A stretch of DNA of 60,401 bases from an uncultured Verrucomicrobiota bacterium (GTDB taxonomy: Bacteria > Verrucomicrobiota > Verrucomicrobiia > Limisphaerales > UBA9464). A model generated the notes under the pieces. The model was not told where the DNA came from. It was given only the letters and a program-made list of their open reading frames with translations, and made no database searches. The first letter of the stretch is position 1. Each line of letters starts with the position of its first letter. The position numbers were made by a program, and so were the translations under genes. The stretch covers positions 1-60,401 of the forward strand of contig CAILNN010000247.1 of the NCBI GenBank assembly GCA_903835555.1. Reading direction: 5' to 3'. Positions 1 to 9,040 of this stretch are shown here, one piece after another.

Positions 1-88
1 CCTGGACCACAACCTGTTCGTTTTTGAATGCAATCTTGCGCCGTTTGATTGCGAACCCCAATCTTTGCACCTGTATCCAGCAAATTAG
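1..88 (+). CDS. possible 3' end of an upstream gene (partial)
   Basis: Frame starting at nt 2 is open (LDHNLFVFECNLAPFDCEPQSLHLYPAN) and ends in TAG at 86-88, 30 nt before the next gene. No recognisable motif. Confidence 0.25.
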   Translation, partial: LDHNLFVFECNLAPFDCEPQSLHLYPAN

Positions 89-118
89 AAACGAACACAG
101 TGCGCCAATAGGAGCCGT

Positions 119-925
119 ATGACCGCCCCTCCAATAGTTCCCGTTTCCCCCCAAACCCTCTCGGCGATCCAGGCCGCGCTAATAGAGCCCAGCGAGATTT
201 TGGGACTGCGGACACGTCAGCGCGAAGAAATCCATGGGCAGATTGTCCACGACACCATTCATCGGCGGGACGGCTGGAATCGTACCTATCGAATTGAGTT
301 GTTGGGCCGGGTGATTGGATTTGGCTCTATCGCCATCGGTGGGCCATGGACGGATAAGCCGACCATTTACGAATTTTATCTGCTTCCAGAACATCGCACC
401 GAAGCATTCAAATCCTTTGAATCGTTTCTATCGGCAAGTGGGGCGACCCATTTCGAGGTTCAGACCAACGACGTTTTGCTTACGGTGATGTTGCACGCGT
501 ACGGACGGAACTTCGAAAGTGAGCGCATCATTTTCTCGGATCAGGCCACCACCTTCCATTCGGTGCCCGGGGCCAATTTGAGGCAAGTCACTGAAGACCC
601 CTCCATCCACGCAGCCATCGAACGCCGTCAAGGAGGGGGTGAATGGCAATTAGAGTTGGAGGGTTCTGTCGTCGGTTCCGGCGGCATCCTTTTCCACTAC
701 AACCGCCCTTACGGCGATGTTTATATGGATGTGGCCGAGCCTTATCGCGGATGCGGCTTGGGCCGTTACCTGGTTCAGGAGCTCAAACGGGAATGTTACC
801 GATTCGGTGCCATACCCTGTGCCCGCTGTTCGACCCAAAACCTGGCCTCACGCGCCACCCTGCAGGCCGCCGGATTTGTGCCGTTTGCCCACATTGTCTT
901 GGCGGAGGTCGCGGTCACGCCCTGA
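119..925 (+). CDS. GNAT family N-acetyltransferase (tandem GNAT-like)
   Basis: 268 aa; acetyl-CoA motif VAEPYRGCGLGRYL and NLASRATLQAAGF; AGGAG RBS just before the ATG. Confidence 0.85.
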   Translation: MTAPPIVPVSPQTLSAIQAALIEPSEILGLRTRQREEIHGQIVHDTIHRRDGWNRTYRIELLGRVIGFGSIAIGGPWTDKPTIYEFYLLPEHRTEAFKSFESFLSASGATHFEVQTNDVLLTVMLHAYGRNFESERIIFSDQATTFHSVPGANLRQVTEDPSIHAAIERRQGGGEWQLELEGSVVGSGGILFHYNRPYGDVYMDVAEPYRGCGLGRYLVQELKRECYRFGAIPCARCSTQNLASRATLQAAGFVPFAHIVLAEVAVTP

Positions 926-1203
926 ACTCGACCATGAAAAGACAGTAAAGCTAACATTTTACACGATCGCCTCTCCAAGATTGTGCACAATCAATGCGTA
1001 ACCTATTGAAGTAAAGCAACATCGGGCGAGACTCCGTCGAGCCAGAGGCGGTCCGAACCACGCTCCGCTTGGAACGCAGACGTCTTTTTGGCATGACGGG
1101 TAAAAATCGGACGGTGTTCCCGATTGGGAACAGGACTAGAACGACGAATTTCCTGTGCAACTCGAGATTGCAATTTCTCGATGTACGATTTCGCTAAAGG
1201 ACA

Positions 1204-1956
1204 TCAACTGCAATTATGCCAGAAATGGTAAACCGTGATGGCATTGGCCATCCCTTTTCCGTCAGGCCACTGGAAATCCCGTTCGTGTTCACTGAAGTGG
1301 ACAGCTTCTGCTTCAAGACAGGCGGAGGCACCTCGAACACCGCAAATTTTGGGGCTAAATACAGTTCTGAGTGATGCTTTGCGCTGGTTCTCTTCCATCG
1401 CCGGAATCAAATGTCCAGCTATGCTTCTACCGTCGCGGACGTACGCAAGCATTATAGCTTCTTGCATAGCCCATGCGTAGTCGCCGCGCACGAAACGGAT
1501 GAGTCCGCCGTCACAGTATTTACTACCGACCGGGTGAGTTGAGTCGACGGGTTTGGCTTCAATGAACAGCCCATCGAACTCCGAGATCACATGGCGCGGT
1601 TCTGATTCGTCATTGCGGAGTTTGAAGAAGATGTCGGGAGTCTTGTTTGGGTGCTTGCCGTCATAGTTGGCCCACTGGCCCTGACGGATGACGGTCTCAA
1701 ATGTTCGTTTATTGAAGCCGGGAATCTCGCCGCTCTGCCGCAGACTGTTCTCAATGGTGCTACGAATGGCGGCGGTGACTTTGTCTTCGGTGGCAGAAGC
1801 GAGGTTGAATCCCTGCTCGCGTAATAGCTCGAAGGCGCGCAGGAGCACGCGCCGTATGAGCAGGATGACAGGGAGACCGAGGCGCGGATGTGGGAGATGG
1901 TAACGCTCCGCCGAAATGCCGAGCGTGAAGAAGCCCGCTGTGTCCGCTGAACTCAT
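1204..1956 (-). CDS. hypothetical protein with PD-(D/E)XK nuclease-like motif
   Basis: Start reassigned to ATG at 1956, which overlaps the MTase stop (ATGA); 250 aa; motifs TEDKVT, KTPDIFF, GLFIEAKPV, GLIRFVRGDY. Confidence 0.7.
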   Translation of the reverse strand: MSSADTAGFFTLGISAERYHLPHPRLGLPVILLIRRVLLRAFELLREQGFNLASATEDKVTAAIRSTIENSLRQSGEIPGFNKRTFETVIRQGQWANYDGKHPNKTPDIFFKLRNDESEPRHVISEFDGLFIEAKPVDSTHPVGSKYCDGGLIRFVRGDYAWAMQEAIMLAYVRDGRSIAGHLIPAMEENQRKASLRTVFSPKICGVRGASACLEAEAVHFSEHERDFQWPDGKGMANAITVYHFWHNCS

Positions 1957-4900
1957 GCCTGCTCGGGTAGCCCGCACGCGCCGAGTCGTTCGCGGATGAT
2001 ATGTTGCGCGCAGAGTCGGGCGCGGGTGACCGTCCACCAACGACGTTGATTGAGCAACCCGATGAGCAATCCGCGCTTGCCAGGTGCGTGGACGACGATG
2101 CGGCTGCACCCGCGTTGGTTGGCCGCCTCCATTGCTTTCCGCATCAGACTGGAATTTATCGTCAATGAGTCGGATTCGCGTGAGACTGTAAGAAAAAACC
2201 ACGGTTCACGCCACGTGTCCGGCTGGAATTCCGCCTCTCGCACCGCGGCGTGTTCGCCGCAGACATCGAAATACGGCTCTAGTTCGTCGCGTAGCTTCTT
2301 CACGAAATCGGCGCGCGTGTCGCAAGTGGTACGGTCTAGCGAGGCTTTGCCCGCCTTACGATACGATACGGCGGCGAAGAGCGTGTCCTCGGCGACCTGT
2401 ACCGCGTCGGGATCCAGGCCGTAGAGGCCGAAGATGAAATCGTTGATCTCCCGCCAAGGCTTGCTTGCGTCATGCTGAAGTCGCGGCGCGAGGCTTCGTA
2501 TGGTGGCTTTGGTTGCAGCCGTAAGCGTGGCGAGGTCGGGGAATGGCAACGCATCGAACTCCTCCTTGTTAAACGTTTGCCGGTCGAAGCCGCTCCGGCG
2601 GCTGGTCATTAGGCAGAAATAGGCAAACAGCTTCGAATGCGGCAGCAGGTAGATCAGCGCGGCGAGCGATTCAGCATCGGGATGGTCGGCGCACGAGTAG
2701 CCGTAGAAGCTTTGAGAAAAGGCAACAGGTCGATCAGACAGGTAGGCCCGAGGGGCTTCCTCATCATAACCGGGAGCCTGCGGTATGATGACGAGTGGCG
2801 GTTGATAGAGTTCTTTGCGTCGCGGCTTGTGAGCGCTGCTTTGTCCTTGGTCGTTCTTCCCGTAAAGTTCCGCGTATGTTTTAGTTCTCGGGTTATCCAG
2901 CAAGAGCACCTCGCTGGGAGGCTCGAAAACCGAGAGGTCCGCTAGAAAATCCACGTACTTCTGAGTCGAATCCGGAGAGCGATTGTAACCTTGACCTGAC
3001 TTGTCTCCGGTCTTGTCCCACTCGGCCCAACGGTCCTCAAGGGTCTTGTTGTCGGTCCTCAACAGTACCTCCATAATTTCCACATCCAGCCAAGTCCCGA
3101 GCGAGAGTGTCTTGAGCAGCCACGGCTGCTTTTCCAAACGGGCGACGCTGATGGGTTGGGCGGATTCGTAGTCGATTCGGAACCGTCCCTCGGCATTGAC
3201 TTCCGGCTCATAGCGTGGGGCGGAGTATTGAAGGCGATGATCCGATGCGGGCTTTGCATTAAGCGCGAAAAGGAGGCAGAAGGGTATATCCATACCGTCC
3301 CATACCGCAGTCTTACGCAGGTCCGCTCCGTTGATTAGTCCCGTCACCTCGACGCTACGGAGCACGGCTCGCCAAGCCTCGAAACCATTGCCGCTGGTGC
3401 GTCCAAACAGCCGGGCAGGCATGGCAAGGGCGATGACGCCGCCGTCTTTTGCCCACTCCGTCGCACGCCATAGGAAAGGCAGGTCAGGATTTTTGTCGGG
3501 GTTTTGGAAACATTTGGCCATGTCGTCCAATCCACGAGCGGCAAGCACCCGACGGCCGATGGCTGTGAATTCTTTGTTCAACTCATCTGTCGCGGACTTG
3601 CTTGCCATTTCTTCCGATTTATCCTCGACTTCGCCTTTATCGTCACGCAGCCGTGTCCATGGCGGATTGCCGATGACGATGTCGAAATTCTTGTCGAAAT
3701 CCGGTGAGACTTCCGGGCCGAGACTGCCCAACGGGAATGCCTTCTTCCCTTCGACTTCGTCGCCACCAAAACGGTAGAGCACTTCGCCACGCAGGTTGCG
3801 GGGAAACTTGAGCGCCTGCGGTGGACGCGGACTGGCGTTGAGTTCGATGGCGGTGATGTAGAGCGCAAGTGCGGCGAGGCGGAGTGCCGATTCGCTAATG
3901 TCGAAACCGCGCACCTGATTGTATAGTATCTTTTGAATGACCGAGGTCCTGGGGCGTTCGCCGCCATTCCATTGCTCACGGACCAGGCGGCGGAATGCGA
4001 GCACGAGGAAAATACCTGCCCCGCAGGAACTATCGAGCACTTTAGCATTCGCCTTGTTTTTCGTGGCGGCGAATGCCTCGTTCACCATGAGCGAGGCGAT
4101 GGTTCGTGGTGTGTAGTGGACGCTTGTATCACGGGCCGTGAGCGGATCGGCACGGTGACTGAAGCTCTCGTACACCTGGCTGAGTACCCCAACCGGGATG
4201 TGAGCAAAATCGAGGTCGCCCCAGTCGAGTTCCATTTGAATGGCCTCGCCAGTGGCCCGCCAACCACGGAGAATCGCGTGGAGATGGGTGAAGATTCGTT
4301 TCCCAACTAGATTTTCGGTGCGCTTGAAGAAACGAAGATATTCCGCTTCGCGGGCATTGCGGTTTTCGGCAGGAATGGTTTCGTCAATGAGGGTGAGGAA
4401 ATCCCCGTTGAAGGTTGCATCAAGCCAAGCGGAGGTTTGAGCCGCTTTTTCGGCGGTAGAAAACGCATCCTTGAGTCCGATCGCTGCTGCGCAGATTTCG
4501 TCACATTCGTTTTCGAGTACGATGCGCCGGTCGATGAGAAAGCGAAAGAAAAGCGCGCGCCCTGCCATCGAAAGAACCTCAAGCGCGTCCAATCGCCCGT
4601 TGCCTTCTTCTGGGACGAACTCGTTCGTCGTGCGCGTCAGAAGGTCGAAGATTTTATGGAAGACGTAATCTGTTCCGGGCAGCCGATGGTTTTCCTCGAA
4701 TGTGCGGTGGACGAGGCTCTGGAAAAATAAGGGTGCCGTTTCGCTTCCCTCCTGAATTATCTTAACCGGTTGAGCATCGGCAGCCGCGTGGAAGCCGATT
4801 GGAAAAATTTCCAGCGAACCTGGGTGGATGACACCAAGCCAGGCGGGATCACTGCGATTAGCGAGCTGTCGACGCACGCTAGCAAGTGAGCTCGTATCGC

Positions 4901-5126
4901 TCTTTAGACCGCCTGCGTCCATGAGGTAAAGCAGTGCTGTCCCTTGATGTTCGGCGACCGCCGTTAGGACTGGGGTATGGTTGTTTTGTTTGGGCAGCAG
5001 GTCGAGATAGTCAAGTTGCGCGGACGTCGAGAGTTTTTCATCTAGGCGAATAACGCTGGTGCATCCGTACGCAGCCAAGCGCTCGACCAGCGTGCGCGAA
5101 TCAGGATGTGATACTCCGGAGCGCAT
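1953..5126 (-). CDS. large N6-adenine DNA methyltransferase (Type IIG/Eco57I/HsdM-like, gamma motif order) with C-terminal target-recognition region
   Basis: About 1057 aa; GDLDFAHIPVGVLSQVYE, HYTPRTIA, motif I VLDSSCGAGIFL, motif IV IVIGNPPW. ATG at 5126 (or GTG at 5129) overlaps the lexA stop and follows GGAGGAAGG. Confidence 0.9.
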   Translation of the reverse strand: MRSGVSHPDSRTLVERLAAYGCTSVIRLDEKLSTSAQLDYLDLLPKQNNHTPVLTAVAEHQGTALLYLMDAGGLKSDTSSLASVRRQLANRSDPAWLGVIHPGSLEIFPIGFHAAADAQPVKIIQEGSETAPLFFQSLVHRTFEENHRLPGTDYVFHKIFDLLTRTTNEFVPEEGNGRLDALEVLSMAGRALFFRFLIDRRIVLENECDEICAAAIGLKDAFSTAEKAAQTSAWLDATFNGDFLTLIDETIPAENRNAREAEYLRFFKRTENLVGKRIFTHLHAILRGWRATGEAIQMELDWGDLDFAHIPVGVLSQVYESFSHRADPLTARDTSVHYTPRTIASLMVNEAFAATKNKANAKVLDSSCGAGIFLVLAFRRLVREQWNGGERPRTSVIQKILYNQVRGFDISESALRLAALALYITAIELNASPRPPQALKFPRNLRGEVLYRFGGDEVEGKKAFPLGSLGPEVSPDFDKNFDIVIGNPPWTRLRDDKGEVEDKSEEMASKSATDELNKEFTAIGRRVLAARGLDDMAKCFQNPDKNPDLPFLWRATEWAKDGGVIALAMPARLFGRTSGNGFEAWRAVLRSVEVTGLINGADLRKTAVWDGMDIPFCLLFALNAKPASDHRLQYSAPRYEPEVNAEGRFRIDYESAQPISVARLEKQPWLLKTLSLGTWLDVEIMEVLLRTDNKTLEDRWAEWDKTGDKSGQGYNRSPDSTQKYVDFLADLSVFEPPSEVLLLDNPRTKTYAELYGKNDQGQSSAHKPRRKELYQPPLVIIPQAPGYDEEAPRAYLSDRPVAFSQSFYGYSCADHPDAESLAALIYLLPHSKLFAYFCLMTSRRSGFDRQTFNKEEFDALPFPDLATLTAATKATIRSLAPRLQHDASKPWREINDFIFGLYGLDPDAVQVAEDTLFAAVSYRKAGKASLDRTTCDTRADFVKKLRDELEPYFDVCGEHAAVREAEFQPDTWREPWFFLTVSRESDSLTINSSLMRKAMEAANQRGCSRIVVHAPGKRGLLIGLLNQRRWWTVTRARLCAQHIIRERLGACGLPEQA

Positions 5127-5743
5127 CACCTTCCTCCCCCCTGTTGGCGAATCAGACCTACGTATTTGCCGAGAATCTGAATGGAGCGCGGAGAATCACT
5201 GTTTAAGACGACATCCGGAAAATCAGGATTAGCCCCACGAAGGAGCACGGCACCGGGGCGACGGTGCAAAAACTTAAGAGTTGCATCGTCATCCAGCAGG
5301 ACCGCAGCGATTTCGCCCTCCTCCACGTCGGATTGGCGATTCAGGACTGCAATATCGCCGGAGAGAATGCCTGCATTCTTCATGCTATCCCCGCGCACAC
5401 GGAGTGCGAACAAGTCAGTACCATGGAAAAGATGGGGGGACACTGGCACCATTTCATTGACCTCCTGGATCGCATTCCCAGGATTGCCCGCAGCGATTTG
5501 CCCAACCAAGGGAATGCCCTGGGAATGGTTGGGGCTCAGCCTCAGTCCCCGTGCTTTTCCGGGAAGCCGCGCGAGCATTCCCTTTTTTTCCATCAGTTTC
5601 AGATGAGATCGCACCGAATTTTGGCTGGCAAAGCCGAATCGCTCTGCGATTTCCCGGTGGGTGGGCATGATGCCGCTTTCGCGAACCTCAGATTCAAGGA
5701 ATGCGGCAATATCCAACTGACGTGCAGTAGGCTGCAATGGCAT
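5126..5743 (-). CDS. lexA: LexA transcriptional repressor
   Basis: Start at ATG 5743 (MPLQPTARQ); wHTH PTHREIAERFGFASQNSVRSHL; Ala-Gly cleavage site IAAG; catalytic Ser in VRGDSM and Lys in ATLK. Confidence 0.93.
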   Translation of the reverse strand: MPLQPTARQLDIAAFLESEVRESGIMPTHREIAERFGFASQNSVRSHLKLMEKKGMLARLPGKARGLRLSPNHSQGIPLVGQIAAGNPGNAIQEVNEMVPVSPHLFHGTDLFALRVRGDSMKNAGILSGDIAVLNRQSDVEEGEIAAVLLDDDATLKFLHRRPGAVLLRGANPDFPDVVLNSDSPRSIQILGKYVGLIRQQGGGR

Positions 5744-5754
5744 CCAGGTGATCG

Positions 5755-5774
5755 TACTGCCCGAAAAGGCAGTA
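5755..5774. promoter_or_regulatory. candidate LexA operator palindrome TACTGCC-N6-GGCAGTA (= TACTG-N10-CAGTA)
   Basis: Perfect 7-bp arms 12-31 nt upstream of the lexA ATG; same geometry as the CTG-N10-CAG SOS box. Confidence 0.55.
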
Positions 5775-5859
5775 TCAAGACGTTTGTTGGAAAACAAGAG
5801 ACAACAATCCCGCAAAGCAGGGAGCGCAGGACAAATGGATCAATGGATTACCCAAAACG

Positions 5860-8800
5860 TCACCGGGTCGGCAATATCTCTTCATCCAGGGGGGCATTCG
5901 CCGCATCGCCGAATTCCAATCGCAATTGGTGAAGCTCCGACTTTAGTCGCGCAACCGTCGCTGCCGCCGACGGTTCGTAGTAAATGCTGTGCATTTCTTC
6001 CGGATCCAAGGCGCGGTCGAACAGTTCCCATTCGCCGGTCTGGAAATACCGGGCCATCGTATAACGTCCGGTCCGGATGCCAAAGTGCGGTGCCACATTG
6101 TGGACCGGATCATAATAGCGATAGAAGATGCTGGTACGCCAATCCGACGGGATATCTCCCCGCAGGATGGGGACAAAAGAACGCCCATGCAGTCCAGCCG
6201 GTGCCTGTCCACCGGCGATCTCGGCCAGGGTTGGGCCGTAGTCCATGTTTTGCACCATCGACTCAAATCGGCTCCCGGGCTTTACCACTCCCGGCCATTG
6301 AACAATCAAAGGCATGTGGATCGATTCTTCGTAAATCCACCGTTTGTCGAACCACCCGTGTTCCCCATTGTAAAAGCCCTGGTCCGAGGAATAAATGACC
6401 ACGGTGTTTTCTTCCAAGCCCTGAGCTTTGAGTTCCGCCATTAGACTGCCGACACTGTCGTCGACCGCTTTGATGCAGCGGAGGTAGTCTTTCATATACT
6501 CCTGGTACTTCCAGCGGGTGAGTTCGCGACCAGCTAGATTGGCCTTGGTAAAGGCTTCGTTTCGGGGTCCGAAAGTGGCACTCCATTCTGCTTTTTGATC
6601 GGTTGTCATTCGGTCCATCTCGGTGGGCCATATTCCCGCCGGATTCACCTTCAGATCAATCGGGAGATTCATATCCCGGGCAATCTCCATTCGCTGATTG
6701 TGAGCGGGTGAGGCTCGACCAGCGTAGTCGTCGAACAGCGTCTCGGGCTCGGGAATCTGAACATCTCCCAGCCACCGATAGTAGCGGGCCGGTGGCATCC
6801 AGTTTCGGTGCGGAGCCTTGTGGTACACCATCAGGAGGAAGGGACGATTGGTATCGCGCTGTCGCAACCAATCGAGGCTCATCCCGGTAATGATATCGGT
6901 CGCGTAGCCGGTGTGAGATTCTTTCCCGTCGGGCCCAATAAAGTCCGGCTGCCAATAGTCGCCCTGTCCCGGCAGGATGCGCCAGTACTCCGTGATCGGA
7001 CGGGTATCGCTGAGGTGCCACTTCCCGATCATCGCCGTTTGATAGCCCTGGGCACGAAACGTCTCGGGAAAGGTCCAGAGGCCGGGGCGGAGCGGCATGT
7101 CCAGGTTGGTCACGCCATGGGCATGACTATGGAGGCCGGTCAGGATGGATGCGCGACTTGGTGAACAAAGGGAATTCCCACAGAATCCATTGACGAAAAG
7201 CCCGCCCCTTGCGGCCAATCGATCCAGATTGGGCGTGACGTTTTGTTGCCGACAGAAATCCGCCAACCGACCTCCGTAGGCTCCAATGGTTTGGAGGGAA
7301 TGGTCGTCGCTCAGCACAAAGACCACATTGGGTCGCCGTGCTGCGGACTCGGTGGAATGGGAGGCTCCAGGGAGTGATTGAGCCGGTACCGGAATGTTCA
7401 GGGGAGCCATCTGGAGCGGGTCTTGATATCGGACCATCGATTCGCGGAGCTCACGGTCCAGTTCGGTGAGCCTGGCTGCGTGTGCTGGTTCTCCCGCCAG
7501 ATTGCGAATCTCGTACGGATCGGCCTTCAGATCGAAGAGTTGAACCTGCTGAAATTTTGGGGTCCGGATCAGCTTCCAATCGGCAGTCTGGATGGCTCGT
7601 TGCGCATCAATATAGGCGGAATAGATCGCGTCATATAGCTTGGATTTCTCGTGTTTCAACAGCGGCACCAAGCTTGGAAATTGAACCGAGGTCGGAATGG
7701 GAATTCCCGCCATGTCACAGGTGGTGGCAAAAAGGCCTTGAAGGTAGACCAAAGCATCCAGGCGTTGACCGGCCGCGATTCCCGGTCCCGCCAGGATGAA
7801 CGGTACCCGAAGCGAGTGGTCATACAGGTTTTGTTTACCCATCAGTCCGTGCTGCCCGACCGCGAGACCTTGGTCGGAGGTGAATATCACCACGGTATTG
7901 TCGGCCTTGCCACTGGCGTCCAGGGCATCGAGGATGCGCCCAATCTCGGCATCCATGTGGCTGATGATGGCGTAATACTCCTGGAGGTGAGTTAAAACCA
8001 CCGATGGCGTCCGAGGATAAGGTGCAAGGACTTCATCCCGAATATCCCACGTATCGATGGGAAAGTAATGGCGGGGGAGGAAATTGGGCGGCAGAGCAAT
8101 CCGGTTGGTCGGATAGCGTTTCAGAAATTCGGCTGGAGCCTGCCGAGGGTCATGTGGCGCATTGAAAGCCACATACATGAAGAACGGTTGCGTGCTTTTG
8201 GACTTTTCCCGCAGGTAGCCGATGGCGGCGTCCGCGATCTGTTCGCTGCTGTGTACCGGGCCGTGCCCTGTTTCGAGCCAGTGTCCCTTCCATCGGGGAT
8301 CGTCGGGCGACCAGGTATTGCCCGGGGCTGGACGAGAATAGGCTGCACCCGTTTCCGGTGTGGATGGAAGAAATCCACCGGTAAGCGGTCCAAGGGTTTG
8401 GAAGCTACGTTTCAAGGCATCGTCGGCCAGATGCCATTTGCCGACCATGTAGGTGGAATAGCCGGCCTGGCCAAGCGTTTCCCCCCAAAGAGCGGCACCT
8501 TCAGGCAAGGTACCGCTATTGGTTCCCCGGCATTGCCACAGGGTCCGACCGGTATTGAGCATGGTCCGACTGGGAACGCAGACTGCACCGCTCCATCCTC
8601 CTTGGTTGAAAGCGTGAGTGAACAAAGTTCCCCTGCGCGCCAACCGGTCGAGATTGGGCGTATGGATGTCGAGTTCGCCGAGGGCACCCAGAGCCCGAAA
8701 GGTTTGGTCGTCGGAAAGCAGCAAGAGAAAATTGGGGCGATCATGCCCGGGCGCGGCAAACGGAGTGGCACCGTGGGCCGGAACAAGGATGCCAATAAGC

Positions 8801-8907
8801 ACCAGATACCTGATGATGAGCCGTGCCATGCGTCGAAAATGAAGCCATGCCGTCATGGCGAAGACTAAACGTCGTTCGCGTTGGAATGGCGAGTCTGAAC
8901 GGTCCAT
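5860..8907 (-). CDS. exported tandem two-domain sulfatase
   Basis: Two complete formylglycine-sulfatase signatures: PNFLLLLSDDQ...CVPSRTMLNTG...GKWHL and PNVVFVLSDDH...CSPSRASILTG...GKWHL. Signal peptide after Met at 8829, so the true start may be 8856 or 8829. Confidence 0.92.
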   Translation of the reverse strand: MDRSDSPFQRERRLVFAMTAWLHFRRMARLIIRYLVLIGILVPAHGATPFAAPGHDRPNFLLLLSDDQTFRALGALGELDIHTPNLDRLARRGTLFTHAFNQGGWSGAVCVPSRTMLNTGRTLWQCRGTNSGTLPEGAALWGETLGQAGYSTYMVGKWHLADDALKRSFQTLGPLTGGFLPSTPETGAAYSRPAPGNTWSPDDPRWKGHWLETGHGPVHSSEQIADAAIGYLREKSKSTQPFFMYVAFNAPHDPRQAPAEFLKRYPTNRIALPPNFLPRHYFPIDTWDIRDEVLAPYPRTPSVVLTHLQEYYAIISHMDAEIGRILDALDASGKADNTVVIFTSDQGLAVGQHGLMGKQNLYDHSLRVPFILAGPGIAAGQRLDALVYLQGLFATTCDMAGIPIPTSVQFPSLVPLLKHEKSKLYDAIYSAYIDAQRAIQTADWKLIRTPKFQQVQLFDLKADPYEIRNLAGEPAHAARLTELDRELRESMVRYQDPLQMAPLNIPVPAQSLPGASHSTESAARRPNVVFVLSDDHSLQTIGAYGGRLADFCRQQNVTPNLDRLAARGGLFVNGFCGNSLCSPSRASILTGLHSHAHGVTNLDMPLRPGLWTFPETFRAQGYQTAMIGKWHLSDTRPITEYWRILPGQGDYWQPDFIGPDGKESHTGYATDIITGMSLDWLRQRDTNRPFLLMVYHKAPHRNWMPPARYYRWLGDVQIPEPETLFDDYAGRASPAHNQRMEIARDMNLPIDLKVNPAGIWPTEMDRMTTDQKAEWSATFGPRNEAFTKANLAGRELTRWKYQEYMKDYLRCIKAVDDSVGSLMAELKAQGLEENTVVIYSSDQGFYNGEHGWFDKRWIYEESIHMPLIVQWPGVVKPGSRFESMVQNMDYGPTLAEIAGGQAPAGLHGRSFVPILRGDIPSDWRTSIFYRYYDPVHNVAPHFGIRTGRYTMARYFQTGEWELFDRALDPEEMHSIYYEPSAAATVARLKSELHQLRLEFGDAANAPLDEEILPTR

Positions 8908-9040
8908 TGCCCAGTCAGATTCATGGTGTCGGAAGGAGAACTAAGGACGGAACTACCCCCCTCGCACGTTTCCCACAGGTCGGCTGCGGCGGGATTTCGG
9001 GCTTTCGGTAATAGGTGGCTCTCCGCTAGGTTGCAGCGGC

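Noticed and set aside
998-1009. GTAACCTATTGA here and GTAAGTTATTGA near 11794 as recombinase attachment-like motifs
   Set aside because: Too short, no integrase or tRNA adjacent, and no matching direct repeat bounding an island.
1957-2202. N-terminal 82 aa of the 332-aa ORF 1204..2202
   Set aside because: Overlaps the MTase 3' end in another frame; the ATGA-coupled start at 1956 is more plausible.
5744-5815. Longer lexA start given by the ORF track
   Set aside because: The extension has no LexA similarity and covers the candidate operator; the LexA-like sequence begins at Met 5743.
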